Shown: positions 35,837-49,439, counted from the first letter of the whole stretch. The stretch is 63,432 nucleotides of DNA, filler included, from Choristocarpus tenellus KU-1152 (GCA_964200185.2; 8 parts of 8 records of this genome joined end to end with filler, not necessarily neighbours in it); one strand, 5' to 3'. Made by a program: numbers and translations. The notes: generated from the letters alone by a model not told the origin.

Positions 35837-38212
35837 ACTATACAAGTGAAGGCGATAATGACAAATGATTGAAGGGCATAGAAGAAGGCGAGGCAAGGCA
35901 CATTGAGGAATTTGCCCCCAACACTAAAGGAAGGTCCCGGAATTGGAACTTCTTTCGTAGGTGTTGGCAGGCGGTTCAAGATATCGGCTAATATTTAGTA
36001 ATGCCTTGTGGAGAAATGTGACCCCAAGGAGGACATATCTCCTCCTCTGATGACGAGAGCAGCCCAAGAAGGCAACCAAGACGTCACACACAGCAGCGGG
36101 GTCGTGGGGTGTCCTGCTTCGGAGGTAGAGGGGGGTGAGGTGCTCACAGCAGTAGTAGGGCATGGTTGAAGATCACTTAAAAGGATAAACTGCAACACCA
36201 GTCAGAGGTATACCGTGGTATGCAACCAGTTGATGCGGATGTGGTAGACGGGCTCGAGCTTGGTACCCTCAGATGGTGGAAGACAGAGGAGGAAATTTTT
36301 TTAGAGTTGACCAAGTTTTGCCACTGAAGCATTTGCCTGCGCAGGGCACTTCAGCTGTATCTGAACGATCGTTCTCCTTGTCTGTTGGCAGTATACAGTC
36401 ACCGTCAAGTGCAACCATCTCTCTGGGGATATAGTTGATGACACTATGCGGTGCTGCACTCTTTTTGTGGGGATGACTACTTTGGTGCCCAGGTAAGCGT
36501 GAAAGGGTCAGCTGGAAATCGTAGCGAGGATAGAGAAAACTGTAGCACCCTTTATACTGTTTTTGCCACCACTCCTCTGTCTGGAGTTCCTCTATCTACA
36601 CGGGGTTATAGGGTAGAGTGGTACAAGGCGTATTGATTGCATTTAAAAAAAACTTATTATGTTCAAATTGATCGCGTCACCCCAGATACTGCCCCTACTG
36701 TAGGCCCCACCTGAGTGACACAAGTTGACTATATATTTTGTACATACCCCCAAAAAAAAAATATTAGTGTTACGTTTAAAAAAAAAATCATTCTTGACCC
36801 ACTACTTGTACTCACATGACATGCGATCAACGGATATGTTATTATTTCTTCACTCCATGAAAGCATTTTCGTCCATCGACGATGGGGAATGGTGTGGGTG
36901 ACACCCCGTCATTATTAACTTCCAATAGGAACATCAAACCAACATGAAAAATATCAAATACTATTTTTTTTGTTATTATATTATATATTAAATTTTGGTG
37001 TATGAATATATGGACGTCTCGACCTTTTGAGATCGTGTATGTATCAAAAATATTTTTGATATATCATTAAAAAGAAGGTATTTGGATTTGAGAACCATCA
37101 CTATATATTGTTATGCAATGTGACATTTTGGAGATATGTCAGCCGAAAAATCAATGAAAAGCCAATTCAGTATAATAAAAACCCTGTAAAAGGAATAGTT
37201 GTAAATGTGAAAGATATATTTTTCTATAATCTATTTATTATTTGACTGCCAGTTCTAGTACCCCACTCCCCCTTCTGTGCCTCCAACCAAGCTTAGCCCT
37301 ACACCACAGGGCTAGGAGGTAGTGAAGCATTCCAAGAATCTGATAGACCCCTCCTTGCCCATCAACCTAGTGTCTTCAGCTTAAAATACATGGTGCGTCT
37401 TAATAGAGTCACTTGTGTTGTGACAGACACTGTCAAATACAGGATTTGACAGCTCCTTTCCTCCTGTAGCATCCAGACCCTTTCCCTTGTACCGTGTGCT
37501 CAGCCAACTCATCCAGAAAACTTTCTGCTTTGCTTACATAGCCGCCCCAAACTACCAACTGTTCAGGTGTTGAGGTTAAAACTATCACTATTAAAATTGG
37601 GGGGGAAGAAACACCATTGTTCAGAAACGACCTGGTTATCCAGACTTTTTGTTCAGTCTACAGGCTATATTATGGTATGAAGGGACCATTGACACATCTA
37701 CAAAATGTCTGGGAGAACAATAGTATGCACAATAAGATAAGAAGAGACCACACATGGCCGTTCAGCTTCTTTACCAACACAACTACACCCAAAAGAGAGG
37801 ATATATATAAAATGTAGTACACATAATAGGAAGATTATATATTGCACTATCACCAAGTTGCAGATTTTGAAATATAGGATGGTGAGAGATTTAGAGGAAG
37901 CGTTGTTTGTATCAGTATTCACTGTCCACAAGTTGTATGGCATCTATGAAGGAGATCAATCAATAGTCCGCATTCAATATATATATATTATGGATAAAGT
38001 TAGTCGTATATCTTCAATCTTTTCAGATCTTTCCAGTAAACGATGTCACGCATGTTTGTTAGTTGTTATTATACCCCTATTTCACCATCCTAATTTTTCT
38101 TGTAGAAGGAAATGATTGTTACTATCATAATCTTTATTACCGCGCGCAAGCGCAGGAAGAAAACCGTTTACAAATTATGAAATTGTTTCATATATTATCA
38201 TACTATACATAG

Positions 38213-39668
38213 AAGTCACCCCACCCACATGTTGTCCCATTGAATATAAAGACCTCAAGATTATACGAGGCAAAGCATCAAAGCCAGGGTGTTGCCTTGA
38301 ACATTGCGAGGTCTTCGCAATGCTTCTGGGGGTACTGTGAATGACCTTGATTTCTTGAGGCGTTAAATTGAACCCCCAACTCCTTAGAAATCCTATTGCG
38401 TCATTTGTACTTCTTCAAATCCTGAGGTGAATCAGGAGTGTCGGACGTGCTCCTCAGGGCGGCGTAAGACCTGCATCCATGGTAGGGTTCCAGCACCCGG
38501 GGGGGTTTGGGATGATGTTCTTGCCCCCTGAAGTCCTCAAAAACGGCTTCATGGGCAAACGCTCCACTCACGCAGTGGCTGCGCCTGAGCCTGAACCGAC
38601 ATTAGAACATTTGCAAGAACTGTGTTCAACCCCTAGAGCAATCGCTGTGCTTGAGGTGGAAGCGAGAAATGCCAAGGAGATGGAGAAAGAGGTGACCTTA
38701 CTGCGGAGCAAAGAAGAAGAACTCAACAGGCGCATCTTGGAGTTAGAGCGTGACATGGAGTCGCAGACTGCCAAACATCTGTCCTCGATGGAAATCTTGC
38801 GCGAGGAAGTTCGAGCAAAGACGGGGAAAAGCGAGATGCAAATAAGCAATGATCTTTCCAAGGGACACCTTGGCATCGTGGGTTTCCTTGGGACAGAGTC
38901 CATTCCAGAGAAGGGAGCGATTAAAGGTAAACGGTCCGTAGAGGATCTCCCCCCCCTGCCAAAGTCCCAAGGTTTCTGGCAAGGGTTGACCCGTACTTTC
39001 AAGGCTCGCGATCTGTTGCCCAACGTTGATAGCCCAGGTTATGCTCCAGACTTTGACGGGCTAGGTACAGAGGTTGGCACAAACCCAGATTCAGGCAGAG
39101 ACTCAAACCTTGCCTTGGGAACTGTGCCCCCTACAATCATGCTGGTGCTTGCGGCGGTTCCACTCTTCTGCTACCTCAACAGACGCAGGAATGGGAATCG
39201 GTGAGTCACCAACGATTGCGTGATCATGGTTCGGACATCACAACTCACAAGGTTGACCCCTCTCCTTCAACACTCTTTATTGACCGACTTGAATGTTTTC
39301 TCCCCGTTTCGATCATCCCTGCCTTCCGTCTGCTGGGCACCCTTATCCCTCTGGAGTGTGATAATTATTTCCTGTCTTGTGTCCTCTACGCCTCCTCTTC
39401 TTTCCCCACTTGTTCATCATCATTAGTATTCCTACCCAAACTCCGACTTGCCTCACCTGTTCTCAATCCCCACAGCGTGGCACAGGAGGATCAGGTTGGG
39501 TTGGAGAGGGGAGTGGAAAGAGCTATTGTCCAGGAGGAAGGCGATAAGGATGAGCATCAGTCGCTGCCACCAGTGAGCCCAAGTGAGAAGGACGAGGACT
39601 CGGTGGAGTACTTGGCACCACTTGGAGCTGATGTGAGCAGTGATGTTGCTTTGCTCCCTCCCTGCTAA
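38213..39668 (+). CDS. Uncharacterised single-pass membrane protein (Cys-rich region + coiled coil + TM); exons approx. 38213-38310, 38388-38481, 38576-39200, 39476-39668; 5' end not found
   Basis: Phase-1 intron 38482-38575 (gtaggg..cacgcag) and phase-2 intron 39201-39475 (gtgagt..ccacag) join the frames. Coiled coil KEMEKEVTLLRSKEEELNRRILELERDME. Hydrophobic TIMLVLAAVPLFCYL is followed by basic NRRR. Confidence 0.6.
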
Positions 39669-39961
39669 TATGCCCAGTACATCAGGTGTTGCTAATATCT
39701 GCACCTCTTGCTCCATTGCAAAGTTTAGGCCCTTGCGATCTGCCCTGAGTCTATTTCTTACTGAAATAGTGATACTTTTTCATCTACGTAATTTTTCGTT
39801 ATGAACACCTCCTGTAAAGTAGGTGGATGACTTCTTACCACCGGCATACCATCACGCTCGTTTGTTCACCTTACTCCCCCCCCCCCTACCCATTCACGTT
39901 GTCTGTGGCTGGTATTGTGCATCCCACACTCTACTCTACTCACCTCCCCACAACTGCAAAG

Positions 39962-41068
39962 ATTGGCACGAGTGGCGACACTGATAGGAACTCTAGGCGC
40001 CTTAGTCGCCGGCTCAGTCACCTAGATCATCACCGCTGCGCTGTTGACCGTCACTTTGCTGAAGATGACAACGGCGATCATATCAATGGCAATGTGGACA
40101 ATGAAAACGATGGCAATGAAAGTGTTCTTGATTGTGACAATTGTAGCGACTTGGACCGAAACAGTAGCAACGGTGGGAAAATCTTCCTGGAGCCCCTCTC
40201 ACTGTACCCTCCAGCTGATCTCATGGCTCCGGGCCGTGGCCACAGCAGCAATATGAGCCCAGGAAAGCAGCTGCTCATCAGTCCTTCAGCACTCACGGAT
40301 CGAACATCGCCCCCCTGCCGAAGAACTAGCCTCATTGGGACAGGGGGAAGGGCTCCTGCTTCCGCCTCCGATGCTTCCACAAAGAAACGTCACAGTGATG
40401 GTGGGGGTAGAATCCTGAGGACTAGCAAGGGCCGGGCCAAAGCCCACGCCCAGCGACGTAGTGGAGTCGGGAGTAGGAGAGAGAGCTGCCCGTTGCCTCC
40501 CCCTGTCCCACAAGGGCTGAGGATGCTGCCACCTCCTTCACCTCTTCTCCCATCATCGCCTTGTATGTGGGGAAGACTGTCGGTAGACTCGGTGGGGTCG
40601 TTTGGGACATTGACTGTTGGGCGCCCTGCTGTGATGGGGTCGTCAGCAGCTGAGCGTGCGTTGGCTGCGAGGGAATTGATAGTTAGCGGCCGGTTGGTGG
40701 CAGAGATGCAGGAGGGATTGCTCTCGCTTCAGAGAGACCACCGCGTGCTGGCGGGGGAGTGGGAGGGACTCGAGGCAGCACGGGATGAGGCGGAGGAACG
40801 CCTTCGGGTTGCGACTGACGAGTGCGCGCGTCTGGAGGCGAGGGCGTCGAAAGGTGGGGGGGGGGCAAAGAAGAGAGTAGTACCGATGGCAGGAATTGCA
40901 GTGGCTGAGCGGTCTTCTAAGGAGGAGCCGTATTGTTCCGGCTCTTTGGAGAAAGACAGTTGTTCCACGTTGGAGAAGGGTCCGTTAGCCTTACTGCCTT
41001 GTGGTGATGAGAAAGGTTTTGCTGGTGGAGATTCGGTGGTGGGAAAAAAGACGGAGCCTGAGAAGGAG
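39962..41068 (+). CDS. Large exon of an uncharacterised low-complexity/coiled-coil protein (gene incomplete)
   Basis: An open frame of more than 400 codons (39827 to the gap), GC-rich, with heptad segment LVAEMQEGLLSLQRDHRVLAGEWEGLEAARDEAEERLR. Donor GAG|gtaagg at 41069; the acceptor position is a guess. Confidence 0.55.
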
Positions 41069-41426
41069 GTAAGGGGGGGAGGGGGAGGGGGNNNNNNNNN
41101 NNNNNNNNNNNNNNNNNNNNNNNNNNNNNNNNNNNTTAATTAATTAANNNNNNNNNNNNNNNNNNNNNNNNNNNNNNNNNNNNNNNNNNNNCAGAGAGAG
41201 CTCGGGGAAGCACCCCACCATGACGCAACTGGCGATTCTGAACACCCCCTACGACTGATTGGACCCTGCCTAACACAGTGGTACTCACGCATAACACATA
41301 TGCAATGGATAGAATAGAGTTTGAACTTCCTTCCCCTGTATTGCAACGTTGAAGTGACTTCTATTATTTTTTACAACGTTTGTTGTAAATATGGGGGATG
41401 TGTGTCTTTTGCAAATTTGGAATAAT

Positions 41427-41696
41427 GACCTGTAGTATCTTAGATGGGGATATTGTTAGTCCAGGTTGTCCATTCAGGGCTTGATGGGGTGCTGTAAGAT
41501 ACCCCACTTTGATGCCCGTTTTGTGGGTGAGTTTCTTTTGTATTTGGTTCCGGGCGGGGGGGTGAAAGGGAAGATGCATTCAGATGAAGAAAATTGCCCT
41601 TACATCTGGTACATTTACTCAGATGACAGAGAATAACTACGGGTCCACACAGACCCCGAATGGACGCCTGACCCCCCCTCTAGGATACTATGGGCA
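41427..41696. mobile_element. MITE family C (related termini, different interior), probable TSD AAT
   Basis: gacctgtagtatcttagatgggg..gtccattcaggg / ccccgaatggac..cccctctaggatactatgggca. Confidence 0.65.
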
Positions 41697-42129
41697 AATT
41701 CATGACGGAATCGCGATTCAAGTCACTGTAAAGTCAGTCATCATGGTATTAGTCATTGGTAACCCAAGTGACATTTTCCAAATAGATGTGGTAGGGGAGG
41801 GAAAAGACCAAGATCAAGGCTACAACGTTCTACACAAGAGAGAGTTGTCAATTTTCGAAATACCTTTTTTAAGGAAGAGAGATTGAACTATATAACGTCC
41901 CCTTGGACATTGTTCCCTACTAACCAATGTTCACTGGATTTATTGGCTTAAAGTATCTGTCGGGGGGTTGGCCGAATGTAAAAACAATGTATAGGTGTTC
42001 TCTCCATGTCTCCCCCCCTTAGCAACACAGAGGAAAGGCACAAAATAAATATAGAAACACGTAGTAGTAAGGGATCACGACCATTTTGGATGTTAGAAAC
42101 TTCACACAATGAAGTTACCTGGATTTATT

Positions 42130-42311
42130 GGCTTAAAGTATCTGTGGGGGGGTTGGCGATTGTCCATTTTGGGGTTCATTTTTCCGTGTCACATTTTTTG
42201 GGTGATTTGGTTGCATGCATTGAATGGATAATACAACTGCACTTTACCTGGTCAGGGCCTGAATGGACACCCTGGTGTAGATCCCCCCCCCCCTCCCAGA
42301 TACTTTGAGCC
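42130..42311. mobile_element. MITE family B, full copy, TSD ATT
   Basis: ggcttaaagtatctg..cagatactttgagcc, flanked by att..att. Confidence 0.87.
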
Positions 42312-43835
42312 ATTGTGACAAATCATTGACGGACAGGTCCTACCACGCCCTTTTTTGGACGAGAAATACTACAAGCATGACGGTAATCACCTCACGCACT
42401 GATTCGCCTTCTGCGGGAAGTACTAGAACATACCAGGTTTAACCACTTGCTTTATCCATCCATCAACTTGTAAACAACATAAATTAATGCTGTTTAAAAT
42501 CTATCTGTTCTTATTATCAATAACACCTCTGTAGCTAGCAGTACAAGACATGAACGGACGGTGGCACTACTACCAACAAATTTGCACAACGTGTACTGCC
42601 GTAAGAGAGAAGCAGAGCTCAATTTATTGAGAGCAACTCAGGGTGTGTGGAGGGCATCTGCCTGCTGTTGTTGGGCAACAAGAGTGACCTGCCCAGTCAC
42701 ACATCAAATTCAACCCTGGGTAGGATTCCATGTTGCTCCTCTTCCTTGCAATGCCCAACATCAACCATTTCTTTGGCATCCTGAATCGAGTCAGTTACCA
42801 CCAACAAAGTCCCTCGATGCAGCACCTTCTCTATCTATGCAGGTCGACTGAAGTTTGGCTACAATATCTCTCAGGCTCGATTATTTTTGTCACACCAAAC
42901 AGCCAATTGAAGTTAGTCTTGGTCCACAGATGGACAAATATTAATAGTTACAATAGAACACACATGCTCTCTCGACCTGAGCATATGAACACAACATATC
43001 TGAAATAATGGAATAATTTAAACCACTGACCTTCAAAACTAATCCTGCCTGCTGACTGGAGGAACATAATGATGTGTAGCGATAGTCTGTACTACTCAAG
43101 TAGTCACTAGAGATTTTTCCAGCAAAAGCAGTAACAGATGCAGGGGGTAAGCTGCCACTGCTTCTTCTAATGCACTTGACCACAGCTTGCATGAATAGGA
43201 CTCCCTCCAAGGACCTCACTACCAAGACACCTGAGTAACTCACCCTCTCTTCAGCCCATGCGGAAACAGACATGAAGTCAAATACAAAAAAATAATAATA
43301 ATAGCAATAGTATTTTCATGTCAAAGCTATTTGGGGGGTTGTACTAGTTACTTATTTGGTTACCTACCATTCGGTCAGAATTTCAACTCAGATAATTTGG
43401 AGTAATACTTAAAAATACCTAAGACACACAACACAACCCCCCCCTCCCTAACATACTATCACCTAACTGCAAGACCCTACATCAATCACAAAACTGTGGT
43501 GGCTGGATACAATGGCTATGTATGGAACACTAAAATTCTAACATAATCACTACTACTGTCGCAGCGCTTCAAAGCTCTCTTGAGTGTGGACAATCACCAT
43601 GTGTACCTCAATCCCACCAAAGTGTACCACAATCCCTCCTTCAGTAGAAACCCAACACACCTAGAAATATCACTAGATCGATGGAGTCAACATTCAACCA
43701 GCAACAAACTTTGGGAAAAGGGCAACACAACCAAGCATACCTACCTACCTACCTCTCTTCCACCCTCCCCTCACCCTTTTCTATCCCACTAAGCGGCAAG
43801 CTGACAAAATATCGCCACTAAACCTTGCCAACCAA

Positions 43836-44501
43836 TCACAGCACCCTTGGGTCAGCACTCAACCAATCCCTTGCATCACTAGGCTGGAGCACCATAACTC
43901 CTGGGTTCTTACGATCCACCCGCAATCCCAAGGGAGGTCGAACACCCAGAGCAGACAAAACCTCCAACTCCTCACGGATCTTCATGCTCCCCACCCCTTC
44001 TTCTTCTCCTCCTTGCCCAGTCTCACTCTTCTGGCCACTGCCATCCTCCACATCCTCCCCTCCGCCCTCCCCAATCTTTTCCCTGTTCTGCCCAACCACA
44101 ATGCGTAGCGGCTCCTCTCCCTCCCACCATACCCTCTCCTTCACCCCATCTTTACTGCTACGCAACAGACCCTCCCCCGCCCCCTCCCCACCCTTTTGGG
44201 ATTTCCCTGTTTGCCCACCACTATCTTGCCTCCTGCCCCCACTTCCCCTTTCCCCCCAGCCTCCTTTAGAGTTCCGTCTTCCCTTTCCTTTCTTACCACC
44301 TTGGCCAGCTGCCCTCTGGTTGGCCTTGGCGTACCAGTGGTCTGCGTCTCCTAGGCCTGCCCTGTCCTTGGCCACACTGCGTGAAGCATAGTTCTTACGC
44401 ATCTCAACAAGGAGGTCCTTGCCCTCCATCATGTCCTCCAGAAGGCATCGAATGATGCACGCTGCTCCTGCCGGTGACCACCCGTGGAAATCAATACCAT
44501 C
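43836..44501 (-). CDS. Terminal exon encoding an SMR (small MutS-related) domain, likely a PPR-SMR protein; upstream exons not resolved
   Basis: IDFHGWS..AA..IIR..L, LRIVVG and PPLGLRVDRKNPGVMVL..RDWL match the Smr pattern LDLHG...I+TG...NPG...WL. Acceptor acacag|GAT. Confidence 0.75.
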   Translation of the reverse strand, partial: DGIDFHGWSPAGAACIIRCLLEDMMEGKDLLVEMRKNYASRSVAKDRAGLGDADHWYAKANQRAAGQGGKKGKGRRNSKGGWGERGSGGRRQDSGGQTGKSQKGGEGAGEGLLRSSKDGVKERVWWEGEEPLRIVVGQNREKIGEGGGEDVEDGSGQKSETGQGGEEEGVGSMKIREELEVLSALGVRPPLGLRVDRKNPGVMVLQPSDARDWLSADPRVL

Positions 44502-44988
44502 CTGTGTACATACATACACCCAATACACAATAAATTTTATACACACACACACACGACACAAGATAAAAAAGATAAAAAATGAAAACGTTGGGTGGGGAGG
44601 AGGGAATGGCATGGTCAGCACAGTAGGATGAATTGTGATCTTTCCATATTTGTAAGGATATGATTGAGTATGTCGACGATAGATACGCTGCTGGGGACAA
44701 GCAGGTCCATTCCATGGCGGGTCGGTAGTTGGGTGGGGGAAGGGGAGGAAGAAGGATATTGACAGGGTCTGAGCATGTAACACCCTCTATGGAGCCAACG
44801 CATCACCTACAGATTGCACGACCTCAAAGATCAGTTCAGTATCAGGAACAACCTATGTTCAACGTAGCACTCAATATTGTTTTAAAAAAAGGATAAAAAA
44901 ACAAGTTGAAGGTGTTAGTAGCGATCGCTATTAACAATACACGCAATCAAAAATATAAAAATACATGCAAAGCAGTGCATATCTCTAA

Positions 44989-45252
44989 GAGTGAAAGTAT
45001 CTTAGAGGGTACAAGTTTTGCTCTGTTTGTCCATTTGGGGCTTGGCTTCCCGTAGGTTTTCTTTTGCGACATTTTTTTCCTATTCCAAAATGCTTAGGAG
45101 TAGGTAAAATGTATACGTTATGAAAAGGTTTGTCCAGAACATGGATATTGACACTTCCTAACGAACACGATAGCCAAAATTACATCAAAATCGCTACATT
45201 GGATTTTGGGCACCAAATGGACACGGTTGTACCCTCTAAGCTACTTTAGCTC
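44989..45252 (+). mobile_element. MITE family A, TSD TAA
   Basis: TIRs and internal homology; taa on both sides. Confidence 0.9.
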
Positions 45253-47696
45253 TAAGTGCCACAATGCTGCACTCTCTCATCGGTCAGTCGGCTGATTCCT
45301 CTGCAAAAAGCACACTAAGGGTATACCTGGCCCATGTTTGTCCCCCATAGCAGTTACAACTAGGCACAGCCACCTTCGCTTCTTCACAAGCAACAGCACC
45401 AGCTACTAAGTTCCCACTCTAGATGAATAAGAGATTCAATGGCCCTAAGTCATATCGAATCTGCGACAAGATTGTATCCTACTTTGTACACCACACTATA
45501 ACCTGTGCATGTTATCTATACATAATACATTCAGCCCAAGAGATGGTAGCATCAGTCATTTTAATCCAATTCCGCGATAACTTGCAATCCCTCTCTCATC
45601 CCTGCCCCCATAAAAACATGCACTTACTCATGAACTTTGCGGGGGGGGGGAGGGGGAGCGGGAGGGGCACCCCCGCCCANNNNNNNNNNNNNNNNNNNNN
45701 NNNNNNNNNNNNNNNNNNNNNNNTTAATTAATTAANNNNNNNNNNNNNNNNNNNNNNNNNNNNNNNNNNNNNNNNNNNNCCTTTTTTTTTACCTTCCCTC
45801 CCCTTCCCCCTCCCCTTTTTTTTTATTCTTGCCACCCCCCCCCCCCCCCCCCCCCCCCAAACCCTGTTCCACAATCCTGCTTTCCTTTCCTCTGTAACGA
45901 TTGTTACTAGGACTGTGGTCCTTGGGGAGAAGCTGGATCTAACTTCACATACTCGGGGTTGTACTTGAGCGCAACACTTTGATGAAGTTTGTATAATGAT
46001 GCCTTGTTGTGGACTGCGCGAAAAAATACTATGAAAGAGATCACTAGTTGATGCAATGAAATGTGATTGCGGTCTGTATGTCAAGAATATGCTTCGAGTT
46101 TTGTCTTAAGGTAGATCATGTAAGAAATTTATGAAAGAGAATAAGTGTGCATTCTGAAGAAACAACGTAGCAAGTTTTCTGTGATAAGTGATAAGTGATC
46201 CACATAGCTGACTGACTTGGTGAAAGGTCAACCCCCTTCGGCTAGAAACCCCACTCCTCCTTTCTCTTTCCTTACTTAATCAGAAAAATCTTAAAAGACC
46301 TGAAATACAGCTCCTTGGAAGAGTCTACATCACCAAAGGTGGTGAATGAAGACCACACCAAAAAAGTACACACAAGTTTGATCACATCATGCCCGTAATT
46401 ATGCCAAAAAGAACCTTCCATACACACATAAAGTTAACACCAAAAGGTGAACGTGTACAAAAAACAAAACCTTAATTGTAATGCATCACAAAGAGTAAAT
46501 ATGTGGAAGTGTCAAGTCGCCAAGGCTCTCGGAAAAAGGGGACAATCACAGTCACCAGACTGAACTCTTTCACCACAGAGGGTGGGACCGAGTTTCACAG
46601 GTCTTGGTCCAGCATCTCAAAGTCGGTTGAGGAAATTCAGAACAGAGCCAAAACCTTAGTGCACAACAGATGACAGAGGATGACTGCGCAACGTCACAGC
46701 AGGGAAATGGATCAGTCAGAATGGGAATGGATCTTCGTTCTGACAGTCGTTCTGACTGTTTGGTCAAATCTGTATCCTACGGGTGTGTCTGGTTTTGTGA
46801 ACTGGTCGATATGGGCAAGTTTCAATGACGTTGTTGGTGCGTGCATGTGTGTTTGGCTGTGCGCCCTATCACAATTGCGTAGGTGGGAGATGGGAAAAAG
46901 GAACTGGTCCCTAACATATATAATATTTTGGAAATAAAGAAAAGATATCAATACTAATATGAGAATAACGAGAAATATTGAACATACTTGGTATAAAGGA
47001 AGTATAAAGAAATGAGCATACATATACTCCCTGTCATATAAGTCTGGAATGTGAAAGATTTTCACTTTTGTGTTGTAGTTTCTTCACGAAGATATACGAA
47101 GACTTTCCTGGTGATCGATGACTGAAATTGAAGCTCTGGGTATCATCATTGTTCAGAGGGGAATTTTGGTTTTCGCATTTTGTTTGGATATAGCCTTGAG
47201 TCTGTTCGGAGAAGAGGAACCAAAAAAACAATCAATTTTAGGCCCTATTTTCAATCGCTGCACTGTACCTGGTGGCAGGAAAAACGCACCTCCATTGCTA
47301 AACAACATCACCACCTCGCCAAGAGCCGTAGGACTCTCACTTAGCCTCCAGACCATCTTCAATGTGAGTCTCATAGCCAATATCGCCGCTCTGGTGAGTC
47401 CATTGAATTTTGCTGGGAGAGGCCTGGGGTAGAAATTGCAAGCTGGGTGTGGAAGATCAAAACGTGCTGGCCGTACCCTATGCTTTAGTGCTACTTCCTG
47501 GTAAGAAACGGCTTCCGAAAGGTTTGAACCAGAGTTTGCAAAGAATATCCGAGACAACTGTGGGCGAATGTACGAGAATCAATTAGACAATGGCAACATG
47601 TTTTTGCTGAAATCAGCGTCACAAAGTGGGCAGCTATCAGACTTCACACCAACAAAGCACGCAAAGATTCAAAAAGTCAACACCGCGAATTGAACC

Positions 47697-48700
47697 TTGA
47701 CCCTCGAACAGCTCTTTGTCAAGGTAGCCGAAGTCGGTCTCGTAGCTGGCAGCTCAAAACTTCAGCAATGGCTCAAAGTGATGGGCGCAACGAATGTGAA
47801 ACAGCACATTACCCTGAGCCTGTCACTGACACATCGAAGGAAACAGGTAGATTTTATCCTTGACCAAGCAATACGGAATCCCTTCAAGTACAGAAGCGAC
47901 CTCAGCACGATTCATATTGACAAAGCATGGTTCTACCTCATCCATGACAAGAATGGTGGCTGCATGTTCCCCGGGGAGGAAAGGGTGGGCTCCACCATGG
48001 TGCAGCACAAGACTCACATTGTGAAGGTGATGTTCATCTGTGCCATTTCGTGCCTGGATCCTTCCAGTGATTTCAATGGCAAGATCGGAATCTGGCATGT
48101 TTGCATCATAAAGCATGCACGGAGAAATTTGGTCCCGGGTAGCAGTATGACTTCGATGTAACCATCAATGCAGAGTGGAGGCTTTTCTCCTCGCACTGAA
48201 GGGAAAAAAGCAACGGGTGGAGGGCAAGGAGGTGGTCAAGGATCAGGACGGAGCAAACCCCCATACGGGAAAAGACCTGCTGCAGAAGCTCAACAAAGTC
48301 GGGAGGGAGGGGGGGTGGAACGTCAAGCTCGTAATTCAGTCTGCACAGTCACTTGATCTCATCATCAACAATATAGGGTTCTTTGCATCCCTAAAAACTA
48401 GAGTTTGGAGGGATCATTACGGTACTATAGATGACCTCGTGAAAGGGTTAAAGAGCATGTACATAGTGCACTATACACTTTAGAGATGATGAGGCAGAGC
48501 CTCTTCAAACAGTACAATCAAGTTTTGAAGGTACTAAGGGGTAAGGATTTTGAGGTACAGCACACCGAAACAAAGAAAAGGCAGCGTAAGGGAAATCTGC
48601 CAAAATCGGTCAGAATCGATAGAGGGGCTTTTGACATGGCAGTGGATTGGTGGATTGATGGGCATGAGGAAAGCGACAAAGAACGACTTTTATGTAAAAA
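47697..48700 (+). mobile_element. Degenerate Tc1/mariner transposase of the plant/oomycete DD39D type
   Basis: IHIDKAWFYL, VQHKTHIVKVMFICAI, FNGKIGIW, QDGANPH and QSAQSLDLIINNIGFFASLK (cf. QPPNSPDLNVLDLGFF) are split over frameshifted ORFs. The third catalytic D is replaced by N. No TIRs recognised. Confidence 0.85.
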
Positions 48701-49439
48701 ACATCAAGGAATCCACGCGAAAAAACGTTTTTCATTGGAGGTCATCTTGAGAAGTTACACCCTTAATGTCGCAGACTTATATGGAATATAGGGAGTATAT
48801 ACTTGTGGTTACAAGCACCCCCACACACTGATCACATCCAACTTGTTTGCCTTAACACATGTAAAATTTACAAGAAAGATGTGGGTGCACTATCTCCTGC
48901 TGCCTTCTGTGTCATCATCATATGGGACTTGTCCAAAACCAACTATAAGGAGGTGTGTCCTGTGGTGTATTTAGTGTTCTGCAACAACCTGAGCATTCCG
49001 CAATGTGACATTTGTCCATTTCACCTCGCAGGGACGGTGACTCGGCCCTCTCCCACCTTCTCCATGTGTTGAGGTTAGATTTCAATACAGTGCCTCCCGT
49101 CCACCGGTGTTCCAACTGAAATTACGATCACCTGTCGATATCGGTCAATGGATTAGTATGACAGCTTTATGAGGCATATTACTGTCAGTGTAAGCTATAT
49201 CCATCATACTGCCATTGATTTCTTTCTCACAGTCACACCGTACTGCCAACTGAATTGAAACCCCATTACNNNNNNNNNNNNNNNNNNNNNNNNNNNNNNN
49301 NNNNNNNNNNNNNTTAATTAATTAANNNNNNNNNNNNNNNNNNNNNNNNNNNNNNNNNNNNNNNNNNNNCCCAAAAACCGATCTAAAAAAAAAAAAAAAA
49401 AAAGAGAAAGGGGGGGGGGGGGGGGGGGGGTGGGGGGGT

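Noticed and set aside
35860-36500. Continuation exons of the TPR-like gene or a reverse-transcriptase relic
   Set aside because: The frames are interrupted by stops and have no diagnostic motif.
38388-38531. Programmed +1 frameshift at CCC-TGA linking the Cys-rich ORF to ORF 38479-39204
   Set aside because: A canonical phase-1 GT-AG intron (38482-38575) joins the frames without recoding.
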